A stretch of DNA of 32,000 bases, from positions 600,001 to 632,000 of the forward strand of contig OZ245049.1 of assembly GCA_965224465.1 (NCBI GenBank), written 5' to 3'. This document shows, one piece after another, positions 1-8,332 of this stretch. The position numbers and the translations under genes are program-made. The notes beneath the pieces were generated by a model, which worked only from the letters and a program-made list of their open reading frames with translations, made no database searches and was not told the origin of the DNA. Within the stretch, counting starts at the first letter, position 1. The number at the start of each line of letters is the position of its first letter. Source of the DNA: Flavobacteriaceae bacterium. Lineage in GTDB: Bacteria > Bacteroidota > Bacteroidia > Flavobacteriales > Flavobacteriaceae.

Positions 1-1
1 T

Positions 2-403
2 TTTTGTAAATGGGAAGTAAATAAATATTTAGCGCCTGTTCTTTTAAATGAAAATATTAATAGTAATGGGTATGAATTTAATGCTTTTATCTCTAAAAAA
101 GAGGATTTCCTATTATTTACAAAATACAATAAAAAAGGAGGACAAGGAAGTGGCGATTTATACATTTCAAAAAAAAATATTGAGGGAAAATGGCAAAAAT
201 CGATAAATTTAGACACACCCATTAATACAAAATATATGGAATATTGTCCTTTTTATGATGAGAAAAATGAAATCTTATATTTTACAAGTAAGAGACAAAA
301 TAGTTCGCCTAAAAAATTTAAAGATATTTCTGATTTTAAAAAATATATTGAAGAGAGCGAAAACGGGTTGAGTAAAATTTATATGATTTCTATAAAATTA
401 TAA
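2..403 (+). CDS. 3' part of a PD40/TolB-like beta-propeller repeat protein (5' end outside the window)
   Basis: Frame 2 is open from the window edge to TAA at 401-403. It is absent from the ORF track because it has no start. The translation ...GGQGSGDLYISKKNIEGKWQKSINLDTPINTKYMEYCPFYDEKNEILYFTSKRQ... fits the PD40 repeat pattern. Confidence 0.55.
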   Translation, partial: FCKWEVNKYLAPVLLNENINSNGYEFNAFISKKEDFLLFTKYNKKGGQGSGDLYISKKNIEGKWQKSINLDTPINTKYMEYCPFYDEKNEILYFTSKRQNSSPKKFKDISDFKKYIEESENGLSKIYMISIKL

Positions 404-424
404 TAGAAACTATAATAACAGGAT

Positions 425-692
425 GTTCGTGCGATGCATAGCGCCCATCATAAACATCCTGTTGACTATACCGGCTCAAAAGATGATGCTATAGGGATTG
501 TGTGACTTAATTAAGAGGCTATCGACAAAAACCTAAATAGGTACCACCTGTTTTTAGATACGGATACGCATTGGTCAGTAGTGTTTTGGCTTGCGTTTCC
601 CAGTACGTGGCTACGTTTGTTTATTTTCGGTTATTATTACATGCTTTTATTCGTTGTAACCAATAAGCAGCTGGGGCCTCTTCTGCTAAACA
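425..692 (+). repeat. Rep-B copy 1 (GC-richer ~270-nt segment beginning GTTCGTGCG)
   Basis: Sequence gttcgtgcgatgcatagcgcccatcataaacatcc...cccagtacgtggctacg. Repeated at +1220 and +2441. Its first ~75 nt recur inverted at 10152-10226. Confidence 0.8.
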
Positions 693-793
693 GATAGCCT
701 GTTTTGAGTTTTCCTATCTTATAGTCGTTCTATTTTTCAACAACGCTAGAATGCAAAATAAACTATTTATATCAGTTATTTTGGATTGTAATT
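693..793 (+). repeat. Rep-A partial copy (gene-proximal two thirds) ending TTGGATTGTAATT
   Basis: gatagcct...cgttctatttttcaacaacgctagaatgcaaaataaactatttatatcagttattttggattgtaatt aligns with the full copies at 9377-9537 and 21706-21862 (reverse complement). Confidence 0.85.
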
Positions 794-886
794 TTATTAG
801 GTTATGGTTCTCCAAAAACCACAGAGATATACACCAAGACCATCGAAATAAAAAAATAGTTGGACCGCTTGAAAATTTAAAAAAAT
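794..886 (+). pseudogene. Possible relic of the 3' end (box II region) of a tyrosine recombinase gene, frameshifted
   Basis: Translates as LLGYGSPKTTEIYTKTIEIKK* and, after a +1 shift in an A7 run, KIVGPLENL. This resembles the LLGHsSxKTTEIYTHV...KIxSPLDxL C-termini of Xer-like integrases. There is no upstream recombinase body. Confidence 0.4.
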
Positions 887-1009
887 TGAATACTTTTATA
901 AAAAAACAACAGACACCCCGGAACTATTATAGACATAACGGAAATAACGTCAAGTTTTGGAAGTTTATTGATGATATATGGGTGTTGAGCTTAATAAAAA
1001 ACAAAAAAA

Positions 1010-1629
1010 ATGGAAGTAAAAACAGGGTTCATATTAGTTGCGATTTTTTCAATACTTGCAGGAAGTTATGCTATTTATGCGTCATATAAAAACTCACACA
1101 AAAACTATTCTCAAAAAAATTAAAACATAGATTAGTTCAAAACATACTTGGAATAAATGGAGCAAGAGTCTTGTATGGATTTTTAGGATTGGGATTAATT
1201 TTGTTCGGTACTTTTATATTGTTTCAATTTTTTGTAACCCCCAAATTAGGTAATGAATATAATAATAAAACGAATCAATTTATCATTTCATCAAGAACAA
1301 TTAATAAAGAAGGATATACTTTAAATTCAAATATTATAACAAATTTAAATCAATTAGAATCAAGAATAAAATTTGGAGGAGAAGAACAATTAAATCAATA
1401 TGTGAAGATTAGTTTTAAGAATAATTATCTCGAAGAAATACCTCAAATAGTTTGGAAAATGAAAAACCTGACAACTATAGATTTAACATATAACAAAATT
1501 GTAAATTTAAACATTGAACAAATTTCCAAAATGGATAGTTTAAAAATAATTGTGTTAAAAAACAACCCTATTACAAAGGAAAATATTAATAAATTAAGGA
1601 AGAAAACAAGTATTGAAATACGATACTAA
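1010..1629 (+). pseudogene. Frameshifted copy of the LRR membrane protein gene (A7 tract at 1113-1119 versus A8 in the intact copy)
   Basis: The ATG at 1010 corresponds to the ATG at 2230. Reading stops at TAA 1120-1122 after ...KNYSQKN. The rest (ORF 1171-1629) is identical to the C-terminal 152 aa of the intact paralog but lies in another frame. Confidence 0.85.
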
Positions 1630-1644
1630 GCCTAATAACTAAGT

Positions 1645-1912
1645 GTTCGTGCGGTGCATAGCGCCCATCATAAACATCCTGTTGACTATACCGGCTCAAA
1701 AGATGATGCTATAGGGATTGTGTGACTTAATTAAGAGGCTATCGACAAAAACCTAAATAGGTACCACCTGTTTTTAGATACGGATACGCATTGGTCAGTA
1801 GTGTTTTGGCTTGCGTTTCCCAGTACGTGGCTACGTTTGTTTATTTTCGGTTATTATTACATGCTTTTATTCGTTGTAACCAATAAGCAGCTGGGGCCTC
1901 TTCTGCTAAACA
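1645..1912 (+). repeat. Rep-B copy 2
   Basis: Matches 425-692 except for a few substitutions in the first ~20 nt (gcgatgc versus gcggtgc). Confidence 0.8.
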
Positions 1913-2013
1913 GATAGCCTGTTTTGAGTTTTCCTATCTTATAGTCGTTCTATTTTTCAACAACGCTAGAATGCAAAATAAACTATTTATATCAGTTATT
2001 TTGGATTGTAATT
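1913..2013 (+). repeat. Rep-A partial copy
   Basis: Identical to 693-793 (tandem unit 2). Confidence 0.85.
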
Positions 2014-2106
2014 TTATTAGGTTATGGTTCTCCAAAAACCACAGAGATATACACCAAGACCATCGAAATAAAAAAATAGTTGGACCGCTTGAAAATTTAA
2101 AAAAAT
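2014..2106 (+). pseudogene. Possible tyrosine recombinase 3'-end relic (copy 2)
   Basis: Identical to 794-886. Confidence 0.4.
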
Positions 2107-2229
2107 TGAATACTTTTATAAAAAAACAACAGACACCCCGGAACTATTATAGACATAACGGAAATAACGTCAAGTTTTGGAAGTTTATTGATGATATATG
2201 GGTGTTGAGCTTAATAAAAAACAAAAAAA

Positions 2230-2850
2230 ATGGAAGTAAAAACAGGGTTCATATTAGTTGCGATTTTTTCAATACTTGCAGGAAGTTATGCTATTTATGC
2301 GTCATATAAAAACTCACACAAAAACTATTCTCAAAAAAAATTAAAACATAGATTAGTTCAAAACATACTTGGAATAAATGGAGCAAGAGTCTTGTATGGA
2401 TTTTTAGGATTGGGATTAATTTTGTTCGGTACTTTTATATTGTTTCAATTTTTTGTAACCCCCAAATTAGGTAATGAATATAATAATAAAACGAATCAAT
2501 TTATCATTTCATCAAGAACAATTAATAAAGAAGGATATACTTTAAATTCAAATATTATAACAAATTTAAATCAATTAGAATCAAGAATAAAATTTGGAGG
2601 AGAAGAACAATTAAATCAATATGTGAAGATTAGTTTTAAGAATAATTATCTCGAAGAAATACCTCAAATAGTTTGGAAAATGAAAAACCTGACAACTATA
2701 GATTTAACATATAACAAAATTGTAAATTTAAACATTGAACAAATTTCCAAAATGGATAGTTTAAAAATAATTGTGTTAAAAAACAACCCTATTACAAAGG
2801 AAAATATTAATAAATTAAGGAAGAAAACAAGTATTGAAATACGATACTAA
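2230..2850 (+). CDS. Small membrane-anchored leucine-rich-repeat (LRR) protein
   Basis: 206-aa ORF with two N-terminal hydrophobic helices (FILVAIFSILAGSYAIYA; LYGFLGLGLILFGTFILFQFF). C-terminal LRR units: LEEIPQIVWKMKNLTTIDLTYNKIVNLNIEQISKMDSLKIIVLKNNPIT. Confidence 0.8.
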   Translation: MEVKTGFILVAIFSILAGSYAIYASYKNSHKNYSQKKLKHRLVQNILGINGARVLYGFLGLGLILFGTFILFQFFVTPKLGNEYNNKTNQFIISSRTINKEGYTLNSNIITNLNQLESRIKFGGEEQLNQYVKISFKNNYLEEIPQIVWKMKNLTTIDLTYNKIVNLNIEQISKMDSLKIIVLKNNPITKENINKLRKKTSIEIRY

Positions 2851-2865
2851 GCCTAATAACTAAGT

Positions 2866-3134
2866 GTTCGTGCGGTGCGTAGCACCCAGCATAAACACCC
2901 TGATGACTATACCAGATCAAAAGATGATGCTATAGGGATTGTGTGACTTAATTAAGAGGCTATCGACAAAAACCTAAATAGGTACCACCTGTTTTTAGAT
3001 ACGGATACGCATTGGTCAGTAGTGTTTTGGCTTGCGTTTCCCATTACGTGGCTACGTTTGTTTATTTTCGGTTATTATTACATGCTTTTATTCGTTGTAA
3101 CCAATAAGCAGCTGGGGGCCTCTTCTGCTAAACA
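2866..3134 (+). repeat. Rep-B copy 3 (diverged in its first ~60 nt)
   Basis: gttcgtgcggtgcgtagcacccagcataaacaccctgatgactataccagatc..., then near-identical to copies 1 and 2, with one substitution (cccattacg) and one extra G. Confidence 0.8.
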
Positions 3135-3237
3135 GATAGCCTGTTTTGAGTTTTCCTATCTTATAGTCGTTCTATTTTTCAACAACGCTAGAATGCAAAA
3201 TAAACTATTTATATCAGTTATTTTGGATTGTAATTGG
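3135..3237 (+). repeat. Rep-A partial copy ending TTGGATTGTAATTGG
   Basis: Same as 693-793. The end matches the canonical Rep-A terminus. Confidence 0.85.
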
Positions 3238-3251
3238 TGTTAAGCCTTGCT

Positions 3252-3327
3252 TCTCCAAAAACCACAGAGATATACACTAAGACCCTCGAAATAAAAAAAT
3301 AGTTGGACCGCTTGAAAATTTAAAAAA
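3252..3327 (+). pseudogene. Possible tyrosine recombinase 3'-end relic (copy 3, more degraded)
   Basis: Translates as SPKTTEIYTKTLEIKK*, followed by ..GPLENL in the +1 frame. The LLGY part is replaced. Confidence 0.35.
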
Positions 3328-3480
3328 ATTGAATACTTTTATCAAAAAAACAACAGACACCCCGAACCTATTATAGACATAACGGAAATAACGTCAAGTT
3401 TTGGAAATTTATTAATGAGATATAGGGGTTAGGTGCAATTTAGCAAACTTGAAACACAAAAACTAAAGAAAATATATTAT

Positions 3481-4893
3481 ATGACAGTGACAACAAAAGA
3501 ATTTTGGGATAAATATATAAATGAAGACATTTTAGATATATTTGAAATAACCTACGATTTTTTTTCAAAAGAATTACCAAAAGAATTTATTGAAAATTAT
3601 GATATTGAAGAGGTAATATTAGAAACGAGAGGACATCATGAGACAGCAAAAAAATTTGATAATGTTATTAGATTTTCTAAATTACTTCAAAAAGAACAAC
3701 CAAAATTATATAAAGAAAATTTTCAATATTTTGATGATTTTTTAATTGATTATTATTGCTTCCATAAAGATTATAACAACGTTGAGGATTCATTCTCCAA
3801 CTTTATTTTAAATCCAACTCACAATTTTGACAAATATTTAATTTCTTTTAGAAAATTGCTTTTCTATGGATATACAGATATTTTGAATGCAGCAATAACT
3901 AAAAATTACAAAAAAGTAGAGGCTTCTGATAAGTTAATAGGAAATGCAGGACATGATTTAGCGTTAAGTAAATTTTACTTGACATTAGAGAAATTCCATT
4001 TAGATGATGATTTTAATACTAAAACTTTTCTAGCAAAACTTAACAAATACGACTTTGATTTTAATAACGAATTTCTTTCGGCAGTTGAAACAGGAATGCG
4101 TGAACAACTCTCAAAAGAAGATATTGTAAATAATTTTCTAAATGATAGGCAGAACTTTATTATAACTCTTGAAATATATTTTTTAAGGTATATGCAAGAA
4201 CGTAAAATCTCTTTTGCAATAAGTGGTAGAATTTGGGGTAAAATTTTGGCGTTTTGGGCTGAAAATAATGACAAAAAAAGATGTAGTACTAATGATTATT
4301 TTCAAGTGAAAGTTGATGAATTAGAAAAGTACCTTACAAGATTATCAGGAGATATGTTTATTGATAATAAATCAGAGATGATTGCCGTACTCTGGGGAAG
4401 TGTATATGTATATGATTTCCTTAAAGAAATAGAAATTATAAAACAGTATACTTTTGATAACTTTATTGAGATAACAAGAATATTAAAAGGAAAAGTGATA
4501 GGGCAATGTACAAGTGATTTGTGGAATTCAAATTTTGTTCACTTGTGGGAGAAACCCGATAGTATTTCAACAATTGAATTCATTGAAGAAGAAAAAATAT
4601 TTAAAAAAAGTATCCTTTTTACACCTCAGAAATTCACACGATTACAAAGCGAAATATCAAAAGAATTAGCGAATATAGGAGAATTCTCCACTCATATTAT
4701 TGAAGGAGGAAAAACTGATGAAAACAAATATAACACATCTCTATTAGATGATTTCTTTGATACAAATAAAGGCAACAACACGCACAAAGTAAATAGAATA
4801 CTTGAACCTATTAAGGTAGAGAAAAAGGTTGGAAGAAATGAACCTTGTCCATGTGGTAGTGGAAAGAAATATAAAAAATGTTGTATAAGATAA
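3481..4893 (+). CDS. SEC-C motif (SecA-type C-terminal metal-binding) domain protein, otherwise uncharacterised
   Basis: Long ORF; the track starts it at GTG 3433 and the first ATG is at 3481. The C-terminus ...[18 protein letters not shown] is the canonical SEC-C zinc-binding motif. Confidence 0.8.
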   Translation: MTVTTKEFWDKYINEDILDIFEITYDFFSKELPKEFIENYDIEEVILETRGHHETAKKFDNVIRFSKLLQKEQPKLYKENFQYFDDFLIDYYCFHKDYNNVEDSFSNFILNPTHNFDKYLISFRKLLFYGYTDILNAAITKNYKKVEASDKLIGNAGHDLALSKFYLTLEKFHLDDDFNTKTFLAKLNKYDFDFNNEFLSAVETGMREQLSKEDIVNNFLNDRQNFIITLEIYFLRYMQERKISFAISGRIWGKILAFWAENNDKKRCSTNDYFQVKVDELEKYLTRLSGDMFIDNKSEMIAVLWGSVYVYDFLKEIEIIKQYTFDNFIEITRILKGKVIGQCTSDLWNSNFVHLWEKPDSISTIEFIEEEKIFKKSILFTPQKFTRLQSEISKELANIGEFSTHIIEGGKTDENKYNTSLLDDFFDTNKGNNTHKVNRILEPIKVEKKVGRNEPCPCGSGKKYKKCCIR

Positions 4894-5469
4894 AAAAGCA
4901 GTTAATCGAGTAGACGGCTCTGACTGATACAGCCAGAGTGCGCCGCCTCTCACACCACCGTACATACGTGAGCATCTCCGTTCAGAACGTTACTCCTGTA
5001 CATAAGGGACTTGCACCCTCTAGATTAATTAACTACATATCCGTAGTTAAAAGACACCCATACTGGGCATACACAAAGCATAAAACAATAAGGGTTAAGT
5101 GCCAAACCAAAAATGGGTACATCTCAACAAAGTCCGCCAAATTTAAAATTTGACGGTTAATAGAAGAATAACGATAAAATTGTAAATTTGGCAAAGTACT
5201 AACCTATAAAGTCCATGTTTTTTAACCGATCTACGATTCTTTATACTAACGTTGAAATGCATTGAAAGACGAAAAAACTGCAATGAAAAGCATTTTTAAT
5301 GTCTTGTGATATCAGATTTTTTTTAAAGATATACAGGTAAACTTTTAGACTAAAAAAGCGGTTAACATTACGGTTAATACAAACAGTAATAGAGAGATAG
5401 ATAGTCACTAATTTTAAAACACAAGTAACGTTTTTATTTGTTAATCGTCTACAATACAAACTACCTTTT

Positions 5470-6165
5470 ATGACATTGAATTCAACAAAAAAAACAGCGA
5501 GAATTACAGGTGTATTATTTCTTATCGTAACTATTACACATATACTAGGAACAAGTATAATAGAAAACCTTGTTTATACACCAGATTACCTAACTAGCAT
5601 AGCGGCAAATAAACCCATGTGGATTACGGCTTTATTAATTATGTTTGTATGCTGTGCAGGAATTATAGGTATTGCAATTGCCGTTTTTCCAATTTTAAGA
5701 AAATACCATTTAGGTGTTGCATTGAGTTATTTGGGATTTAGAATGGTAGAATCTATTTTATTTATAATTACTGAAATTAAAACATCTTCCTTACTCACAC
5801 TAAGTGAACAATACAATAAGTCTGACATAACTTTAAAACCAATTTTCGAAACAATTGGAGCTACATTGCAAGAGTCTCGCACTTGGAGTTTTGAAATTGG
5901 AATGCTGTTTTTCTGTACTGCTGCATTTATGTTTTATTTTGCTTTTTATAAATCAAAGTTACTCCCTCGATTTTTATCTATTTGGGGGATTGTAGGAGCT
6001 ATATTGGCATTTGTAGCTACCTTGTTTAGATTCTATGAAATAGAAATTCCGGGACTTGGAATTGTATTAAATCTTCCTATTGCAACTAATGAAATCTTCT
6101 TGTCGTTTTGGTTAATTTTTAAAGGATTTAATTTAACACCAAATACATCAAATAATTCAGCCTAA
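5470..6165 (+). CDS. Multi-pass membrane protein, DUF4386-like
   Basis: 231-aa ORF with about 6 hydrophobic helices. The N-terminal ...KKTARITGVLFLIVTITHILG pattern is typical of DUF4386 proteins. The family name comes from recall, not a search. Confidence 0.7.
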   Translation: MTLNSTKKTARITGVLFLIVTITHILGTSIIENLVYTPDYLTSIAANKPMWITALLIMFVCCAGIIGIAIAVFPILRKYHLGVALSYLGFRMVESILFIITEIKTSSLLTLSEQYNKSDITLKPIFETIGATLQESRTWSFEIGMLFFCTAAFMFYFAFYKSKLLPRFLSIWGIVGAILAFVATLFRFYEIEIPGLGIVLNLPIATNEIFLSFWLIFKGFNLTPNTSNNSA

Positions 6166-6476
6166 CTTTGTTTTATGATCAGTTCAATTAACTGACACGG
6201 AAGAGGTTGATGGGATAAACACGTCGCCTACAAAACATAAGACCAATACAAGTTTGTTGTTTACATAAAAGCGCTATATATTTAACAAAGACCACCAACA
6301 CGAAGTATCACCAAAGGTAATACGTTAAAGATGGTTTTAAAGAAACAAAATAAAACAAAATAAAAAGCTTTCGCTAATTGCAAGCTATAAAGTCCGTACT
6401 TAGAAATTTACATTGTACCTAGCTAGACGTAGTGCAACAAATAGAACATCCGTACCAACATTAAAATTGAAATAAA

Positions 6477-6971
6477 TTGAGAATACTTAATATACATCAA
6501 CGAACATTGAATCAACCAAAAAGTAAAGTAACGGAATTACTAAAAACGTTATCAACTAAAAACGATAGAATTTGGCCAAAAGAAAAATGGCCAGAAATGA
6601 AATTCAAAAACGGAATTCAAGTTGGAGCGAAAGGTGGACACGGACCCATAAGATACTCGGTAGAAAAATACAATCCGAATGAAATAATTCAATTTAGGTT
6701 TTCAAAACCAAATGGATTTAACGGAATTCATAAGTTCGAGATAAAGGAATTGGATAAAGAAAAGACAGAAATAAAGCACACAATTGATATGAATACTACT
6801 GGAAAAGGAACATTAATATGGACTTTTGCAATACGTTCCTTACACAACGCTTTAATTGAAGACGGATTTGACAAACTTGAAAACAATTTCTCGGAGAACC
6901 AAAAATCAACTCCTTGGAATATGTGGGTTAAATTTCTCAGAAAGCAGATTGCAAAACAAAGAAGAACGTAA
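6477..6971 (+). CDS. SRPBCC (START/polyketide-cyclase-like) family protein
   Basis: 164-aa ORF with a TTG start. The motif block RIWPKEKWPEMKF...VGAKGGHGPIRYSVEKYNPNEIIQFRF..PNGFNGIHKFE is typical of a widespread SRPBCC subfamily. Confidence 0.7.
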   Translation: MRILNIHQRTLNQPKSKVTELLKTLSTKNDRIWPKEKWPEMKFKNGIQVGAKGGHGPIRYSVEKYNPNEIIQFRFSKPNGFNGIHKFEIKELDKEKTEIKHTIDMNTTGKGTLIWTFAIRSLHNALIEDGFDKLENNFSENQKSTPWNMWVKFLRKQIAKQRRT

Positions 6972-7042
6972 AATAAACCATTTATATCGGTTATTTTAGA
7001 TTTTAGTTGGTATTCTATCGGTCATTTCGGACTGTAATTGGC
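6968..7042 (+). repeat. Rep-A fragment, rearranged (gene-proximal arm with an internal duplication)
   Basis: gtaaaataaaccatttatatcggttattttagatt...atcggtcatttcggactgtaattggc. It overlaps the stop codon of the SRPBCC gene. Confidence 0.6.
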
Positions 7043-7402
7043 ATAAGAAGCTAGCTTTAAACCAGCCACTAAAAGGAGCTAGTTAATTTATATAACACGC
7101 ATATAATATTAAACAAAAAAGAATACAAATAATAGGATACGATTCTGAGAATAAAACAATGGGAGTCATATTGAGAAATCATACAACTTATTACCAGCAA
7201 ATCATCTCATTACTAAAATAACAAATGAAACATGGGGAAATAAAGTCAAAGCCCAATCTGGCTATAAAAAAAACAATACTTAAATGTCATAAATGGAGAT
7301 CTTTTTATGAAACTAGCTGAATTAAAAAATTAAAACCTATTAACATACACAAACACCTAAGCAACTAAATTTACGTAGATCCGTCGTGCGACCGTACTAA
7401 TT

Positions 7403-8332
7403 TTATTGTATGGCGTTATTAATTACTATGTTCGCTGTTTCTTTTGCTATACCAATTGTAACTATTGAACCACTATTGAAATTTAAAAAATCTTTTTCGA
7501 TTCCGTCACTAAATATAATTCCATTATTTGGCATAAATGACTCTATTGTTAAAGTACTATTCCGTATAATTCCTGCTGTCATTTCTGTTTGAGTTCTTAT
7601 ACTTTTAAAAGGTTCTCTTACAGCAAAAATGAGGTCTTTATCTTTTAGTTTTGGTTGTTTTAGGCTTCGGTTTTTCTCAAACATATTTGTAATCCCATAA
7701 GCCATATTAAAAATAGAACTCAACCAACCTGTTGATCCTGCAAGTGTTGAGACAATAATCCCGCTTGAAGAGTGTTGCTCCGTTTTGTTTTTGAATGATA
7801 TTTTGTAGCGTGCTGAAACATGAGAAGAAGCTCCAATAAACAAATCATTAAAAGCAAGTAATCTTTGACCGTCATTTAATTTTGCTTCTGCAAAACTCAT
7901 AATTCTAGAATTATATGTATTCATTAATACATTTTCAACTCCTTGAATAAAATTTGAAATATTAAAGGGCAATAATACCCCATCATATCTGTCTGTATCA
8001 GGGTTTACAGCAATAATTGGTAGATTGTCTGAATACTTGGCAGTATTAGCTACAAGTCCATCTTGCCCAATAACAACAATTATATTTTTTTTTGAAAAAA
8101 GATAAGAAGAAACATATTGTCTGTCTATCGTTTTATTCTTAATTACTTTAGATAGTTGAGTTTGCAAAGAATTTAATGAGTTTTTAAATATTTCATCTTC
8201 AATTTCATATTCCTTAAAATCCCCTCCTAGTCTTTCAATATAAAACTTAGCTTGTGCCTTTGTATTAAATCTTTCAATAAGAAATTCAAGACGGGTTTTA
8301 TTCTTTACGATTATAGCATACTCGAAACTCAT
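7403..8332 (-). CDS. Divergent NAD-kinase-fold (ATP-NAD kinase / DAG-kinase-like) protein
   Basis: 309-aa ORF. It has GQDGLVAN in place of the NadK GGDGT motif, then NDLFIG and SSGIIVSTLAGSTGW (compare NadK DGLIVSTPTGSTAY). Its start overlaps the stop of the upstream SPFH gene (TAATG). Confidence 0.7.
   Translation of the reverse strand: MSFEYAIIVKNKTRLEFLIERFNTKAQAKFYIERLGGDFKEYEIEDEIFKNSLNSLQTQLSKVIKNKTIDRQYVSSYLFSKKNIIVVIGQDGLVANTAKYSDNLPIIAVNPDTDRYDGVLLPFNISNFIQGVENVLMNTYNSRIMSFAEAKLNDGQRLLAFNDLFIGASSHVSARYKISFKNKTEQHSSSGIIVSTLAGSTGWLSSIFNMAYGITNMFEKNRSLKQPKLKDKDLIFAVREPFKSIRTQTEMTAGIIRNSTLTIESFMPNNGIIFSDGIEKDFLNFNSGSIVTIGIAKETANIVINNAIQ

Larger units (their letters stand above)
425..3432 (+). 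repeat. Direct tandem repeat, unit ~1220 bp: two essentially identical units (425-1644, 1645-2865) and a diverged, truncated third unit (2866-3432)
   Basis: Offsets are 751->1971 and 425->1645 = 1220, and 1645->2866 = 1221. The ORF-track proteins at 751 and 1971 are identical. The 152 aa of ORF 1171-1629 are identical to the C-terminus of ORF 2230-2850. The third unit keeps Rep-B, Rep-A and the leader, then diverges into the SEC-C gene. Confidence 0.95.

Noticed and set aside
425-700. Group II intron 5' end (GTGCG at 428-432, 1648-1652, 2869-2873)
   Set aside because: Only the pentamer matches. There is no reverse transcriptase/maturase ORF and no recognisable domain V/VI. The segment is part of a tandem DNA repeat.
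751-1089. 112-aa ORF, duplicated at 1971-2309, with a related 73-aa ORF at 3022-3243
   Set aside because: These ORFs lie entirely within Rep-B, Rep-A and the non-coding leader. They read straight through the palindromic repeat, are low-complexity (K/N/I-rich), overlap the start of the LRR gene, and are not preserved in the third repeat unit. They are repeat-derived open frames, not genes.
5130-5150. RNase P-like AAAGTCCG motif (also near 6389)
   Set aside because: It is an isolated 8-mer. None of the other conserved RNase P RNA regions, nor the expected GC-rich helices, are present.
4938-5459. Intergenic ORFs 4744-4965(-), 4938-5153(+) and 5241-5459(-)
   Set aside because: They are short, have no recognisable family and an atypical composition. 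4744-4965 is antisense to the end of the SEC-C gene. They are more likely chance frames in a non-coding, repeat-like segment.
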